From Octopus sinensis (lineage: Eukaryota): a DNA stretch of 64,000 nucleotides. The notes below the pieces were generated by a model, which had not been told where the DNA came from, made no database searches, and saw nothing but the letters and a program-made list of their open reading frames with translations. The translations under genes were made by a program, and so were the position numbers. Position 1 is the stretch's first letter. Every line of letters starts with the position of its first letter. This document shows positions 12,357 through 24,497 of the stretch, piece by piece. The stretch lies in assembly GCF_006345805.1 (NCBI RefSeq), contig NC_042998.1, positions 28,334,001-28,398,000 on the forward strand, read 5' to 3'.

Positions 12357-12838
12357 ATATATATTAACGTTTTTACCGCAGAAATAAGACATGACCACTC
12401 AAATTTCATTGCCTTTAAAACTCACTGATTTGTTGAGAAATGTCGTGTTTAAAACTATTTCGTTGGTTGATGTTTAACAACCTTCCTGGAATAGCCATGA
12501 AACCTAAATTTGTGCCTAAAGAGTTAAGAGCAAATTAACTTTTTACACATGTTATTCATTGTAAAACGCAGCGTATATTGCGTTTGGTACCAGCTCAAAG
12601 GGAGTTCGCAAGTGTAGTTGGGGTTTATATCGCCGAAAATTAGAGGCTATTTTAATTCTATAATGCCGGATAATATTTTATGGCACAATGAATATGCTTT
12701 GGAAATGATTATATAATTGTTATATCTCATAGTATATTTTAATCATGAACCCGATCGTTAAGACATCGTATCACTTTGATATTCTTTTCAAGGATACCAA
12801 ATATTTTCACATGTTCAAGAATCCAGTAATTTTGAATC

Positions 12839-13150
12839 ATGCTTTTGCTGTCTATTTCTCATTGTGCAGTTGTAATAATATATGTTTCTCCATACGTCTG
12901 TCGTATATAAACCGTAACATTTAATGTTCCAGATGTGTTTAGTCTTACAGTCTCGATGTGCGTCATATAACTTAATGTTACGTGCTTTTCAAATTTCACA
13001 AGTCTATATTTTTAGTCTGTTTTATTTAATTTTAACAAATGTTGAATGCTATATAATTATGTCTGTGTATGCACACATGCATGCATACATACATACATAC
13101 ATACACACACATACATACATACATACATACAAACATACATACATACATAC

Positions 13151-13181
<31 letters not shown>

Positions 13182-13555
13182 TACATACATACATACATAC
13201 ATACATGCATGGATACATACATACACACATACATACATACATACATACACACATATACATACATACACACATACATACACACACATACATACATGCATAC
13301 ATACACACACACATACATGCATACATAGATACATACACACACACATACATACATACATACACACACACATACATACATACACACATTCATACATACATAC
13401 ATGCATACATACATACATACATACACACTCACATACATACATACATACACACATTCATACATACATACATACATACATACATACATACATACATACATAC
13501 ATTAGAAACAATAGGCAGAAGTTTAGATTTTCGTGTGTACATGTTTCATCTAGTT
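12839..13555 (+). repeat. Arm 1 of a local inverted duplication; contains (CATA)n at about 13075-13500
   Basis: The unique flanks on both sides of the microsatellite match the reverse complement of 17338-17750. Confidence 0.93.
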
Positions 13556-14114
13556 TTTGGGGTTTAATTGAAACCATTTTTAGTTTTAGTTATAACTCTT
13601 TAATTTATGACTCTGTCGAAGTTATTTGGTTCCTGTGATCACCTTCCATTTCTCCCCTCATTCAACGGAAGTAGCTTTTATCTTTCTAACGCGAAGAGTA
13701 TCCCGGACATCATCAGATAGTTTTATCCACGATAAGCCTGTACTTGCTCATTTAAGTATTTTTTCACCTCCACTTTTTGTATAATAAAAGTCTTCCTTCT
13801 ATCATCAACTTCATTGCATCAGTTTGTAATTGAATAAGGTAACTTAACATTAACGAGTCCATACTCAGGCGACATGTAAACCAGATTCTTTGAGAAGAAT
13901 TTCCAATTCGGTATTCTAGTTAACCTGCTGCATGTAATCCTTTCCTTAAAAGTGAGTTTTCGTTTATGTTCTTGTGTAATATCAGCTCCTTTATTCAGTC
14001 TGTATATATCTTGAGAATTCCTGTACGTTTTTCTCTTAATGTTTGTCAAGCATTATTTTAATTCAATCGTATATAACACTCTATTTTCTTGCTATGCATA
14101 TTTATAAGAACATG

Positions 14115-14499
14115 GAGGCGCGATGGCCCAGTGGTTAGGGCAGCGGACTCGCGGTCATAGGATCGCGGTTTCGATTCCCAGACCGGGCGTTGTGAGTGTT
14201 TATTGAGCGAAAACACCTAAAGCTCCACGAGGCTCCGGCAGGGGATGGTGGTGATCCCTGCTGTACTCTTTCACCACAACTTTCTCTCACTCTCACTTCC
14301 TGTTTCTGTTGTACCTGTATTTCAAAGGGCCGGCCTTGTCACTCTCTGTGTCACGCTGAATATCCCCGAGAACTGCGTTAAGGGTACACGTGTCTGTGGA
14401 GTGCTCAGCCACTTACACGTTAATTTCACGAGCAGCCTGTTCCGTTGATTCGGATCAACCGGAACACCCCTCGTCGTCGTAACCGACGGAGTGCATCCA
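14115..14499 (+). mobile_element. tRNA-headed SINE family C (tail type 1), 14-bp TSD
   Basis: Head GAGGCGCGATGGCCCAGTGGTTAGGGCAGCGGACTC..GGTTTCGATTCC; TSD TTTATAAGAACATG at 14101-14114 and 14500-14513. Confidence 0.95.
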
Positions 14500-15214
14500 T
14501 TTATAAGAACATGCAGATTTCTTTATATTCCTTTATCCGATGTTGGTTTCCCTATCATTATCTTAACTACGTAACTTAGTACTTCTAATACAAGATGATC
14601 AGTGTTTGTTCATAATTATATTTCATTTCTAATATCTCATAAATATCTAACTATTCAGCGAGGAGGAGGACATAAATTATGTGAAACTAACTCAAATATT
14701 TTTATAGTTCTTTTAATTGCATATTCTTGCAAGCGCCTGTTTTTCGTGCAACTCTTAATCACAAATGGTGGGTTGTGTCAGAAATAGTATTTACCGAAAT
14801 CGTTTTTCGGTATATAATTAATTTTTCATAATGATGGTAATTTTCTTAATAGGGACAAATTGATTCACTAAATCATTCTTTTCTTTATAATATAGATTAA
14901 ACATAGCTATATTCTTCCACTGATATGACATATGCTGTTTGAAATCTGAAATTGATATAATTTCTAGCAGATTTTGCCTCATCTGTCGCTCATTCTTTTG
15001 CAATGGAAGGTTTTATTCTAAAAAATCCTACAAGTTTGCCGTTGTAATTAATATTGTTACGTTTCTTTACATTTTGTGTTAATTTCTCACCAAGGTCAAC
15101 TTTACCTTTCATAATGTCGTGGTCGATATCTGTAACGTATAGCACTCGACGGTGTTGCCTTATAATATTCCTAAATGTATAAGCCAGGTACAAAGAAACA
15201 ATTATTAAACTCAT

Positions 15215-15767
15215 TGAAATTAACAGCGGACCTTGAAGCAATCCAGAGAAGATTCACAAAGAAGATCGTCCCTTTGCAACTGCTCAGCAACTGGGAAAGG
15301 CTGAAACAGGTAAGACTCTATTCCCTGGAGAGAAGACATGCAGTAATATACATCTGGAAGATCCTGGAAGGAATTGTGCCAAATTTTGGCATTGAAAGCT
15401 ACACCAATGCCAGAACGGGACGACACTGCATAGTGCCAAAGGTCCCAGCAATGCCATCACGCTTCAGAACCAGCTACTGCAACAGCTTGGGTTTCAAGGG
15501 CCCACAGCTTTTTAATATTCTCCCAAAGAGCCTGGGGGACCTGCACAAAGTAGATGTGGGCGTTTTTAAATCGAAGCTGGACCTCTTACTGTCGAGAATC
15601 CCAGATGAACCTACATCACGGCAAGAGGTGCAAATGGAGGTAGCTATATCAAACTCTATTCTTCAACAAGTGCCACATATTAGAGGAGGCTCTCAGTAAT
15701 AACAGTCTTGCAAAACGGCGGTGCATCATCATGGCCGCAGCTCTGAGCTGAAACTACAGAAAAAAAA
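15215..15767 (+). mobile_element. CR1/L2-group LINE, 5'-truncated 3' end (ORF2 C-terminus, short 3' UTR, A-rich tail)
   Basis: Translation LEAIQRRFTKKI..WERLKQVRLYSLERR..IYIWKILEGIVPN..FNILPKSL..FKSKLDLLLSRIPDEP, typical of CR1-like ORF2 C-termini. Stop at 15697-15699. Confidence 0.9.
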
Positions 15768-16699
15768 TTCCTCAACAAGTCTCGAAACAAATACGTTTGC
15801 TATATTGGTAGATTGGTAGAAAGGTAGAGTGACAGAATCGTTAGCGCATTGAGGAAAATAACATAGGACATTTCTTACGGGTTTATATGATTTAAGTTCA
15901 AATCCAAACTCTACTTTGCATCCTGTCAACTTCGATCGTCACGACACCATCTCGCTTTCATGTTTCTTCAAAGATCACTAATTCTTTCGCGTATTCCAGA
16001 ATCCACAAAGTTTGAATCATATTTTATATTTTGGTGGATAAATTCAAACCGTTATTTAGTTTTTCATTTTAATATATAAACCTGTTGGATGTAGTTTATT
16101 TGCATCATCGATTTGATGCAAAAAAAAGCTACCTGTCAAGTACTTGGTTAAATTTATTGGATTAACCATCTTCCCCAAATTTCAGGCTTTTAGACAATGT
16201 CATAAGCAATTATTAATTTAATTGTTATATTCCTTATCAAATCTGTTCACAATTAGTTTTACTCTCTTTCTATCTAATCTATTCCAACATCAGGCTCTTC
16301 ATTTTTGTTTACGATAAACTGTAGCATTTGATCTACTAATATCTATTCTCATTTAACAATTATTCTTTACACATAAAGAATAATTTTTCTCAGAACTTCG
16401 CTTTTGATATTTGTCGACTATAGAAATGTTATATTTCTTTTACAGCTGTCGCCAAACTGCACTTCTCGACTTCACTAAGCGCTGCAGGGCTTTCTAAAAC
16501 AGTATGCTCTAACACGTCCACTTTTTTATTGCAAGTTTCTCGTACATACACTCACACGTGTGTGCTGTGTGAGTATATACATGTATATATATATATATAT
16601 ATATATTATGTGTGTGTGTGTGTGTGTGTGTGTGTATTTATGTGTGTGTGCGTACACATATGAATATGCATGAATATGTAATCTCTCTGTTTCTCTCTA

Positions 16700-16764
<65 letters not shown>

Positions 16765-16969
16765 TAATAGAGAGATAGAGAGGTATAGGCATGACTTTTT
16801 TAATTAAGTAATTTTTCTCTTTCTCGTTGGATTTATTTTTATTAAAAAATTATATCTAATAAGATGTTCTAAGGATATAATTTTGAGAAAGGAAATAGAT
16901 TGGCACTAGAAGGAAAATATCACCATGTATATATATAATATTGCTTATTTCATATATGTATATATATAT

Positions 16970-17011
16970 ATAATATATATATATATTATATATATATAAT
17001 ATATATATATA

Positions 17012-17060
<49 letters not shown>

Positions 17061-17094
17061 ATATATATAATATATATACATATATATATATATA

Positions 17095-17163
<69 letters not shown>

Positions 17164-17250
17164 TTATATGTATAATATATATACATATATATATATATAT
17201 ATAGATATATATATATATATATATATCTATATATATATATATATTATATA

Positions 17251-17285
<35 letters not shown>
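16970..17285. repeat. (TA)n-rich microsatellite
   Basis: Read directly from the sequence. Confidence 0.97.
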
Positions 17286-17289
<4 letters not shown>

Positions 17290-17337
17290 TATGTGAATTT
17301 AAGTATGATATTAAGTGCATAATATTTGTGTGAAACG

Positions 17338-17750
17338 AACAAGACGTAACATGTACAAACGAAAGTCTAAACTTCTGTCTATTGTTTCTAAAGTATGTAT
17401 GTATGTATGTATGTATGTATGTATGTATGTATGTGTGTATGTATGTATGTATGTATGTATGTATGTATGTATGTATGTATGTTTGTTTGTGCATACACAA
17501 ATATAAATATATAGCGTTCAACATTTGTTGAAATTTTATCGAGAATGGCAATTTATTGTTAAATAAAACCAGACTAAAAATATAAACTTGTGAAATTTGA
17601 GTAGCACATAACATTAAGTTATATGACGCACATCGAGACTGTAAGATTAAACACGTCTGGAACATTAAATGTTACGGTTTATATACGACAGACGTATGGA
17701 GAAACATATATTATTACAACTGCACAATGAGAAAAAGACAGCAAAAGTAT
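17338..17750 (-). repeat. Arm 2 of the local inverted duplication; contains (TATG)n at about 17393-17480
   Basis: Reverse complement of 12839-13555 with a shorter microsatellite and an extra ~24-bp segment. Confidence 0.93.
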
Positions 17751-18301
17751 AAGCGCAAATGTCCAATGAAGAATTGGATCGGATGTATTCCCATGGTTAA
17801 ACATGATAATGCGTCCAAGATATTTTAGTTTGAATGGCGCAGTCCAGAGTCTTTTTGTTAATAATCGAATAAGAGGGAAACAGGTGAAACCATTGATGTG
17901 CTTCGTGTTTGAGACATTTATGCGATTAATGCAAATTAATGAGTGTATTCATTCCTAGGCATTGCATGATCGTTCCTAGGCATTGTCACTCATACCAGAT
18001 TCTCAAAATACAAGAATTGATGTCTCATTAACAACATTGTTCACCTGGTAGAATGCAGTGTGGTTTTAGCAAGATTCCAGTTGCCCAGCGACAAACCTCG
18101 GCTTTCGCTCAACCTTGGGCTGCAGTTTGGTCTTATCGATGAGGTGTAGAAAAAAAAGTGTTGCAGGAAATGTGACCATATACGTTCACAATCTTGGTTT
18201 ATCCAGCAATTCTTGTGGGTACACATGCCTCACCGTATGCACGTGTATCCTTGGACCAATATGGGGATCTGGGCCGTATGCTACGGTATCCTTGGACCAA
18301 T

Positions 18302-18531
18302 AAGGCGAGCTGGCAGAAACGTTGGCACGCCGGGCGAAATGCGTAGCTGTATTTCGTCAGACGTTTCGTTCTGAGTTCAACTTCCGCCGAGGTCCACTTT
18401 ACCTTTCATCCTTTAGGGGTCGATAAATTAAGTACAAATTACGCACTGGGGTCGATGTAATCGACTTAATCCGTTTGTCTGTCTTTGTTTATCCCCTCTG
18501 TGTTTAGCCCCTTGTGGGTAGTAAAGAAATA
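18302..18531 (+). mobile_element. SINE family A with 30-bp target duplication
   Basis: GTATCCTTGGACCAATATGGGGATCTGGGC at 18245-18274 and 18533-18562. Confidence 0.93.
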
Positions 18532-18868
18532 GGTATCCTTGGACCAATATGGGGATCTGGGCAGTAAACAGTACTTCTTGAATAACAGAACATTTCTTTC
18601 TACAAGAATTGAAAGAGTAAGCGCGCCACTATTGTCACCTGTTTCTTGGGACAAGGCACGACTGTCAGTTGGTAGCACAACACCAATACTATAAAGATAA
18701 AGTTTTATGTCTGAACTTTCATATATAATTTTGTATGAGATCATTACAGTGTGACATTGACCATTCTATCTACAATCCTAACTTTTCTCCAAATGGTGTT
18801 CTGGAAATGAACTTGTCATCATCTTCTCTAAGTGTCATATATTTACGACGTATTCTACTGCGTTGCGT

Positions 18869-19150
18869 AGGGGCACATGGCCTAGTGGTTAGAGCAGCAG
18901 ACTTGCGGGTTCGAATCTCGTACTGGGCGATGTGTGTGTTTATGAGCGAAACACCTAAGCTCCACGCGGCTCCGGCAGAAGGTAATGGCGAACTTCTACT
19001 GACTCTTTCGCCACAACTTTCTCTCACTCTTTCCTCCTGCATTTTGCAGCTCACCTGCGACGGACCGGCGTCCCGTTCAGGTGGGGAACCTATACGCCAA
19101 GGAAACCGGGAAACCGGCCCTTATGAGCCAGGCAGAGCTTGAGAAGGAAC
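18869..19150 (+). mobile_element. SINE family C (tail type 2)
   Basis: Nearly identical to 54963-55247; TSD-like CTACTG(C/T)GTTGC at 18855-18866 and 19157-19168. Confidence 0.92.
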
Positions 19151-20044
19151 AAATAGCTACTGTGTTGCACGATGTGAATGTTGAGAAGACAGGATTCACC
19201 AGTTTTCGCATGTCCAACAAGGTCTGTGCATGTCCAACAAGTGATAGTGTCTTGGCCAATACCATTTTGAAAGCGATTTGCTCTACCTTTAGGAGACTTC
19301 TCTACCGAAAGTTATCATGTATATTTACTTCCTTCCGATGGTTTATCAACAGCAATAATAACGTCTGGCTCGTCCAACAGGGAATGTTCTAGTCTTTCTG
19401 CCAGGTGCAGCATACAGCAGCAAAAATATTTGCGATCATATCTAACAGTGACTCGTAGTACAGACCATTAACTACCAGCTGTTTTCTCATTACGTAGCCA
19501 GTAAAATCGACCGGTATTATAGCTGTTGAAATCGGTTTTGCGCAAAGCTTTGTCGTGCGGTAAGTTTTCACTTTTGTTTTTGCATTTCTTAATTCTTGAG
19601 ATGTTAATTTAATTACTTCCACCCCTAGCACGGCTAGAGGAGTTTGTTAATTGTCGTGTTATGTTTTTTTATTTATTTGTATTGTTACAAATAGCGGTAG
19701 AGGTAGAGGAGCTGGATGTTCAAGGTGTGTTGAATCGACAAATTGAGTTTTCTTTTCTCTGTTTGCCGTGCCCATTGTGGTTACTTTAATGCTGATTGTT
19801 GTTGTTGTTGTTTGTTGCTGTTGTTGGCATTATTGTTGTTAAATACGTTCCCTGTTAACGGGAAGTAGTAGGAAATCGGAAATGCATTGGCTGCCGGACA
19901 CTGAATTGACGAAGCCATTTAAAAAAAAATATGTAACCTTAGTAAAAAACGCATTAAAATTTGCCTTGAAAGGGCAGAAATTTCACATAAACCTGAGATG
20001 ATGCTGGTTGGCTTTGTAACAAAATGAATACAATTAAAAATACC

Positions 20045-20076
<32 letters not shown>

Positions 20077-20102
20077 ATACTACTACTACTTGATAGTAAC
20101 GA

Positions 20103-20319
20103 TAATGATTTCAACTTGTGGCACAAGGCCAGCAATATCGGGGGAGGAGTAAGTCGAATTACATCAACTCCAGCACTCAACTGGCACTTATTTTATCGAT
20201 CATTAAAGGATGGAAAGGCAAAGTTGACCTCGGCGAGATTTGAACGGAGAACGTGGTGACGGACGAAATGCGCTAAGCATTTTGTCTGGCGTGCTAACGA
20301 GTCTACCAGCTCGTCGCCT
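20103..20319 (-). mobile_element. SINE family A monomer
   Basis: Reverse-complement core and head, with the GGCACAAGGCC..TTGAAA-type tail. Confidence 0.85.
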
Positions 20320-20411
20320 GACTAGTAATACTGATAAAAATAATAATGATGATGATAAGAAGAAGGAGTAGGCTGATAATAATAATAATGATAATAATAA
20401 TAATAATAATA

Positions 20412-20968
20412 TAGCCCTGATGCAGTACCAGGCAGTGGCTCTCATGGCTTCTGATCTTAACTGATTGGAAGTGTTATCATTTACACTGTTTTGTCTTGGT
20501 ATAAAAGATGGGTTACAGCAAATATTCTGCTCAATACCACAGATTTGCTTGTCAGTTGTTTGACCTTAACCAGTTGAGCATGTCCCCTTAGTGGCTGATG
20601 ATATGTGCATCTCTGATCACGAGCAGAAGTAGTGGGGGAGCATCATAGCCATGTGCTGAGAGGGATTCTTTGGGGTCTGAATAATTCACCTCTGGAAACA
20701 TGGGTGGTTCTTTCAACATCCTTAAACAACCCTTATTCAGGGACCTTTTGAGCGGGATGGGCTACTCAACCTGAAGAAATTTCTAACTGGGCCCCACCTG
20801 CAAGGTCATGTGCTGTTTATCTTGATATGAGATCACCATGTCGCGCACATATGGTTGTGATGCATGTGCCTAGTGTACCCTTATCAGACGGGTAGTCATG
20901 ATGGGTATATTGGGCTTCGTATATTTTACCCCAGTGTCACTTTGATGGCATGCACTGCTCTCTCACTC
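20412..20968 (+). mobile_element. (AAT)n-embedded non-coding element, longest copy (~557 bp)
   Basis: Flanked by (AAT)n on both sides; its right part is shared with 24095-24450, 9213-9343 and 9464-9493. Confidence 0.9.
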
Positions 20969-21395
20969 AATAATAATAATAATAATAATAATAATGATAA
21001 TAATAATAATAATAATAATAATAAGAAGAAGAAGAAGAATAAGAAGAAGAAAAGAAGAAAAAGAAGAGGAAACGAAGAAGAAACAAAGAAGACGAAGAAG
21101 AAACGAAGAAGACGAGAAGAAGAAGAAGAAGAAAAAGAATATGAAACGAAGAAATAAAGGAAGAAGAAAAAGAAACATAAGAACAGGAAGAAGAGGAAGA
21201 GGAAGAAACAGAAGAAGAAAAAGAAGAGGAAGAAGAAGAAACGAAGAAGAAGACGAAGAAGAAGACGAAGAAGAAGACGAAGAAGAAGAAACGAAGAAGA
21301 AGAAGACGAAGAAGAAGAAGAAGAAGAAGAAGAAGAAGAAGAAGAAGAAGAAGAAGAAGAACAACAACAACAACAACAACAAAAACAAAAACAAG
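20969..21395. repeat. (AAT)n-(AAG/GAA)n-(AAC)n compound microsatellite
   Basis: Read directly from the sequence. Confidence 0.97.
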
Positions 21396-21894
21396 AAATA
21401 TTAAGCATAATTTGTAAGTAAAACATTGATTTTCTGAAATTTATTGATCTTAACCCCAAATAATTGATGTAATAACAATATTCCTACTGGCCATTTTTCA
21501 GACAATGGCTGTACTTAAGCTAACAAACGGCTGATTGGTTCAATCTACATATAACGATATTTACCAAGCATTAGTCCTCTTCACTCAATATTCACAATCG
21601 ATACAAAGAGAGCCTTAACATTCAGAACATAACTAAAAGCGGAATTGAACTCCAAATCAGAACATACCGAGCCCGGCATCGCCAAAAACTATTTTAACGG
21701 TTCAAGATGACAATGATAATAATTTGAATAAAGTGTCGGTGTTTACGTATATTCTGGAGACAAAAGATTATAGTTATATATACAAGAGCAATATGTTTTC
21801 ATTCTACATGTTCATTCTATAACTTCACCCAAAATCAGAAAAGCGAAACTAGACATTTTTGTTTAACAAAATTTGTTAAGAATTTAATTGTGAT

Positions 21895-22701
21895 TTAAAT
21901 ATTGGTTTCAAATTTTGGCACAAGGCTTGAAATTTTTGGGGATGTGGTAAAGTCGAATACTTCGATCTCAGTGCTAAACTGATTATTGTCTTTCGACCCC
22001 AAATGGATGAAAGACAAAGTCGACCTCGGCGGAATTTGAACTAAGAACGTGAAGACGAATGAAATGCTGGTAACCATTTTGTGCTGCATGCTAGTGTTTC
22101 TTATTTCTTTATTGCCCACAAGAGGCTAAACATAGAGAGAACAAACAAGGACAGACAAACGGACTAAGTCGATTACATCGACCCCAGTGCGTAACTGGTA
22201 CTTATTTTATCGATCCCGAAAGGATGAAAGGCAAAGTCAACCTCGGTGGAATTCGAACTCAGAACGTAACGGCAGACGAAATACCTATTTCTTTACTACC
22301 CACAAGGGGCTAAACACAGAGGGAACAAACAAGGACAGACACACGGATTAAGTCGATTACATCGACCCCAGTGCGTAACTGGTACTTATTTAATCTTCCC
22401 CGAAAGGATGAAAGGCAAAGTCAACCTCGATGGAATTCAAACTCAGAACGTAACGGCAGACGAAATACCTATTTCTTTACTACCCACAAGGGGCTAAACA
22501 CAGAGGGGACAAACAAGGACAGACACACGGATTAAGTCGATTACATCGACCCCAGTGCGTAACTGGTACTTATTTAATCGACCCCGAAAGGATGAAAGGC
22601 AAAGTCATCCTCGGCGGAATTTGAACTCAGAACGTAACGGCAGACGAAATACCGCTAAGCATTTCGCCCGGCGTGCCAACGTGTCTGCCTGCTTGCCGCT
22701 T
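21895..22701 (-). mobile_element. SINE family A: degenerate monomer plus adjacent trimer with 184-bp period
   Basis: CCCACAAG anchors at 22115, 22299 and 22483; a single head at the right end. Confidence 0.93.
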
Positions 22702-23388
22702 TAACACTTATTTGAATATAACGTTGAATTCGAACGGACATCTTAACATAAGATATATTGTCGCAAGCGAGGCAAAAAGTAATAATAGAATTACCAGATA
22801 TCAAAATAGATTATATCCTATGAAAACATGGGTAACAAGCGAGACAAAGAAAATAGATATAAGCAGTGAGGTAACAAACTTGCAAAAAAAACAACAAGAT
22901 GAAACACGATGAGAGAAGAACACCAACAAATGACAAAGCGAACTACAGAAACAGAGATATGAATAATATATGAGGAATATTCAAAGAGAGGAAATACTAC
23001 GGAAATTCAGGAGCTTGGCAATAATCTAGAAGTTGATTTGAAGCTCAAATGATGTTACTAAGATCTAGGTAAGAATAAAAAGGAAATTAATACAGTACGA
23101 AGAGCGAGAATAATACAGAAACGTAGACAGCAACATGTTCAAACGGAAGAGACTGTTTAAGACAAATTATATATCAACCAGACTGTTGTGGGAGTAAGAA
23201 GTAGCGGCATCTCTATAAACACCGACAAAAGACGGCAAGAAGAAACCATATAAATTCAAATATCAGTTAAAAATAGTTGACAGAGGCACATAAAATGGAT
23301 GTCTGATGTTTAACGAGATACCAAAGTAACTGGACACGACCCATTATCATTTCCGATTATTGCATATCACTACAGGAACACAATATGA

Positions 23389-23421
<33 letters not shown>

Positions 23422-24045
23422 ATCAAAATAAACAACAGGATATCAAGTAATAATGCAGTACGACCGTTTCAAGCAGCTCCATTTAATTGAACAATGCAAT
23501 CATTATATCTATTTAAATGCAGTGCCATCTTCAGCTGCACAAATAAATAAATAGTATTTTAACCAGTTGGACACATTAATTTTGTCGGGAACAAAAACAT
23601 GACAGTGGAGACATACAAGGAAACCGACCAGCAAGGAAACCGACCTGAATGAGAGGAAAATAGTGAACGGTTCGAGAAATATTTTTTGAAATGAAAAAAG
23701 ATAGATGAGAGAGAGAGCAAAAAAGCGTCTGTTCTTTTAAACGTCCGTGCAGGAAAAGAAAGATGGTCACGTGAGGAAAAGAAAGATGGATTATGGTCAC
23801 GTGTGAGCAACGCGAGAGGAAAAAAGAGAAAGAGAGGGAAGGTGAGAGAGAAAAAGAAAAAAAGAGAAAGAAGGGAAAGGGAGAGAGTTAGAAAACAGTG
23901 AATGAGGGAGGGAGAGGAAAAAGGGAATTAGAGAAGGACGGAGGAAGAATGCAGTATAGATAAGAGAATTGCATCAAAAAGGTGAAGATGAACTTACTTC
24001 GGAATGGATGCGTGGGATTCAATTAATAAATAGTAAATAAAATAT

Positions 24046-24094
<49 letters not shown>

Positions 24095-24450
24095 GCCTGG
24101 GGAGTATCATAGCCTGGGGGAGTATCATAGCCATGTGTTGAGAGGGATTCTTTGAGGTTTGAATAATTCACCTCTGGAAACATGGGTGTTTCGTTCAACA
24201 TCTTTAAACAACCCTTACTCAGGGACCTTTTGAGCAGGATGGGTTACTCTACCAGAAGAAAATTCTAACTGGGCCCCACCTACAAGGTCATGTGCTGTTT
24301 ATCTTGATATGAGATCATTATGTCGCGCACATATGGTTGTGATGCATGTGCCTGGTGTACCCTTATCAGACGGGTAGTCATGATGGGTATACTGGGCTTC
24401 GTATATTTTACCCCAGTGTCACTTTGATGGCATGCACTGCTCTCTCACTC
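24095..24450 (+). mobile_element. (AAT)n-embedded element, ~355-bp copy
   Basis: Matches about 20630-20968; (AAT)n on both sides; short tandem duplication TAGCCTGGGG(G)AGTATCA at the left junction. Confidence 0.92.

Positions 24451-24495
<45 letters not shown>

Positions 24496-24497
<2 letters not shown>

Larger units (their letters stand above)
17900..19620 (-). mobile_element. Possible highly decayed LINE ORF2 (endonuclease and linker region), interrupted by two SINEs
   Basis: Broken minus-strand frames give RLEHSLLDEPDVIIAV (APE-like 'PDIIAVTE') and KNCWINQDCERI (like the PWxNxxC linker of CR1/L2/RTE-X ORF2). The region is GC-richer than its flanks. Motif resemblance only. Confidence 0.3.

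Noticed and set aside
16099-16122. 9-bp hairpin TTTGCATCA/TGATGCAAA followed by an A run
   Set aside because: Short enough to occur by chance; bacterial-type terminators are irrelevant in this context.
12839-17750. A single DNA transposon with very long TIRs
   Set aside because: No target-site duplication at the outer ends and no recognisable transposase inside; kept only as an inverted duplication.
17610-17830. 75-codon Cys-containing open frame in arm 2 of the inverted duplication (..[17 protein letters not shown]..)
   Set aside because: The differences I compared between the two arms in this frame change amino acids, and the arm-1 copy diverges and stops early, so there is no sign of coding constraint.
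20590-20640. CTGATGA in the (AAT)n-embedded element as a hammerhead core
   Set aside because: No GAAA box at a suitable distance and no helix I or III.
22103-22701. Regularly spaced 184-bp repeats as a CRISPR array or satellite DNA
   Set aside because: There are no unique spacers; the units are internal duplications of a SINE with a single head, in eukaryotic DNA.
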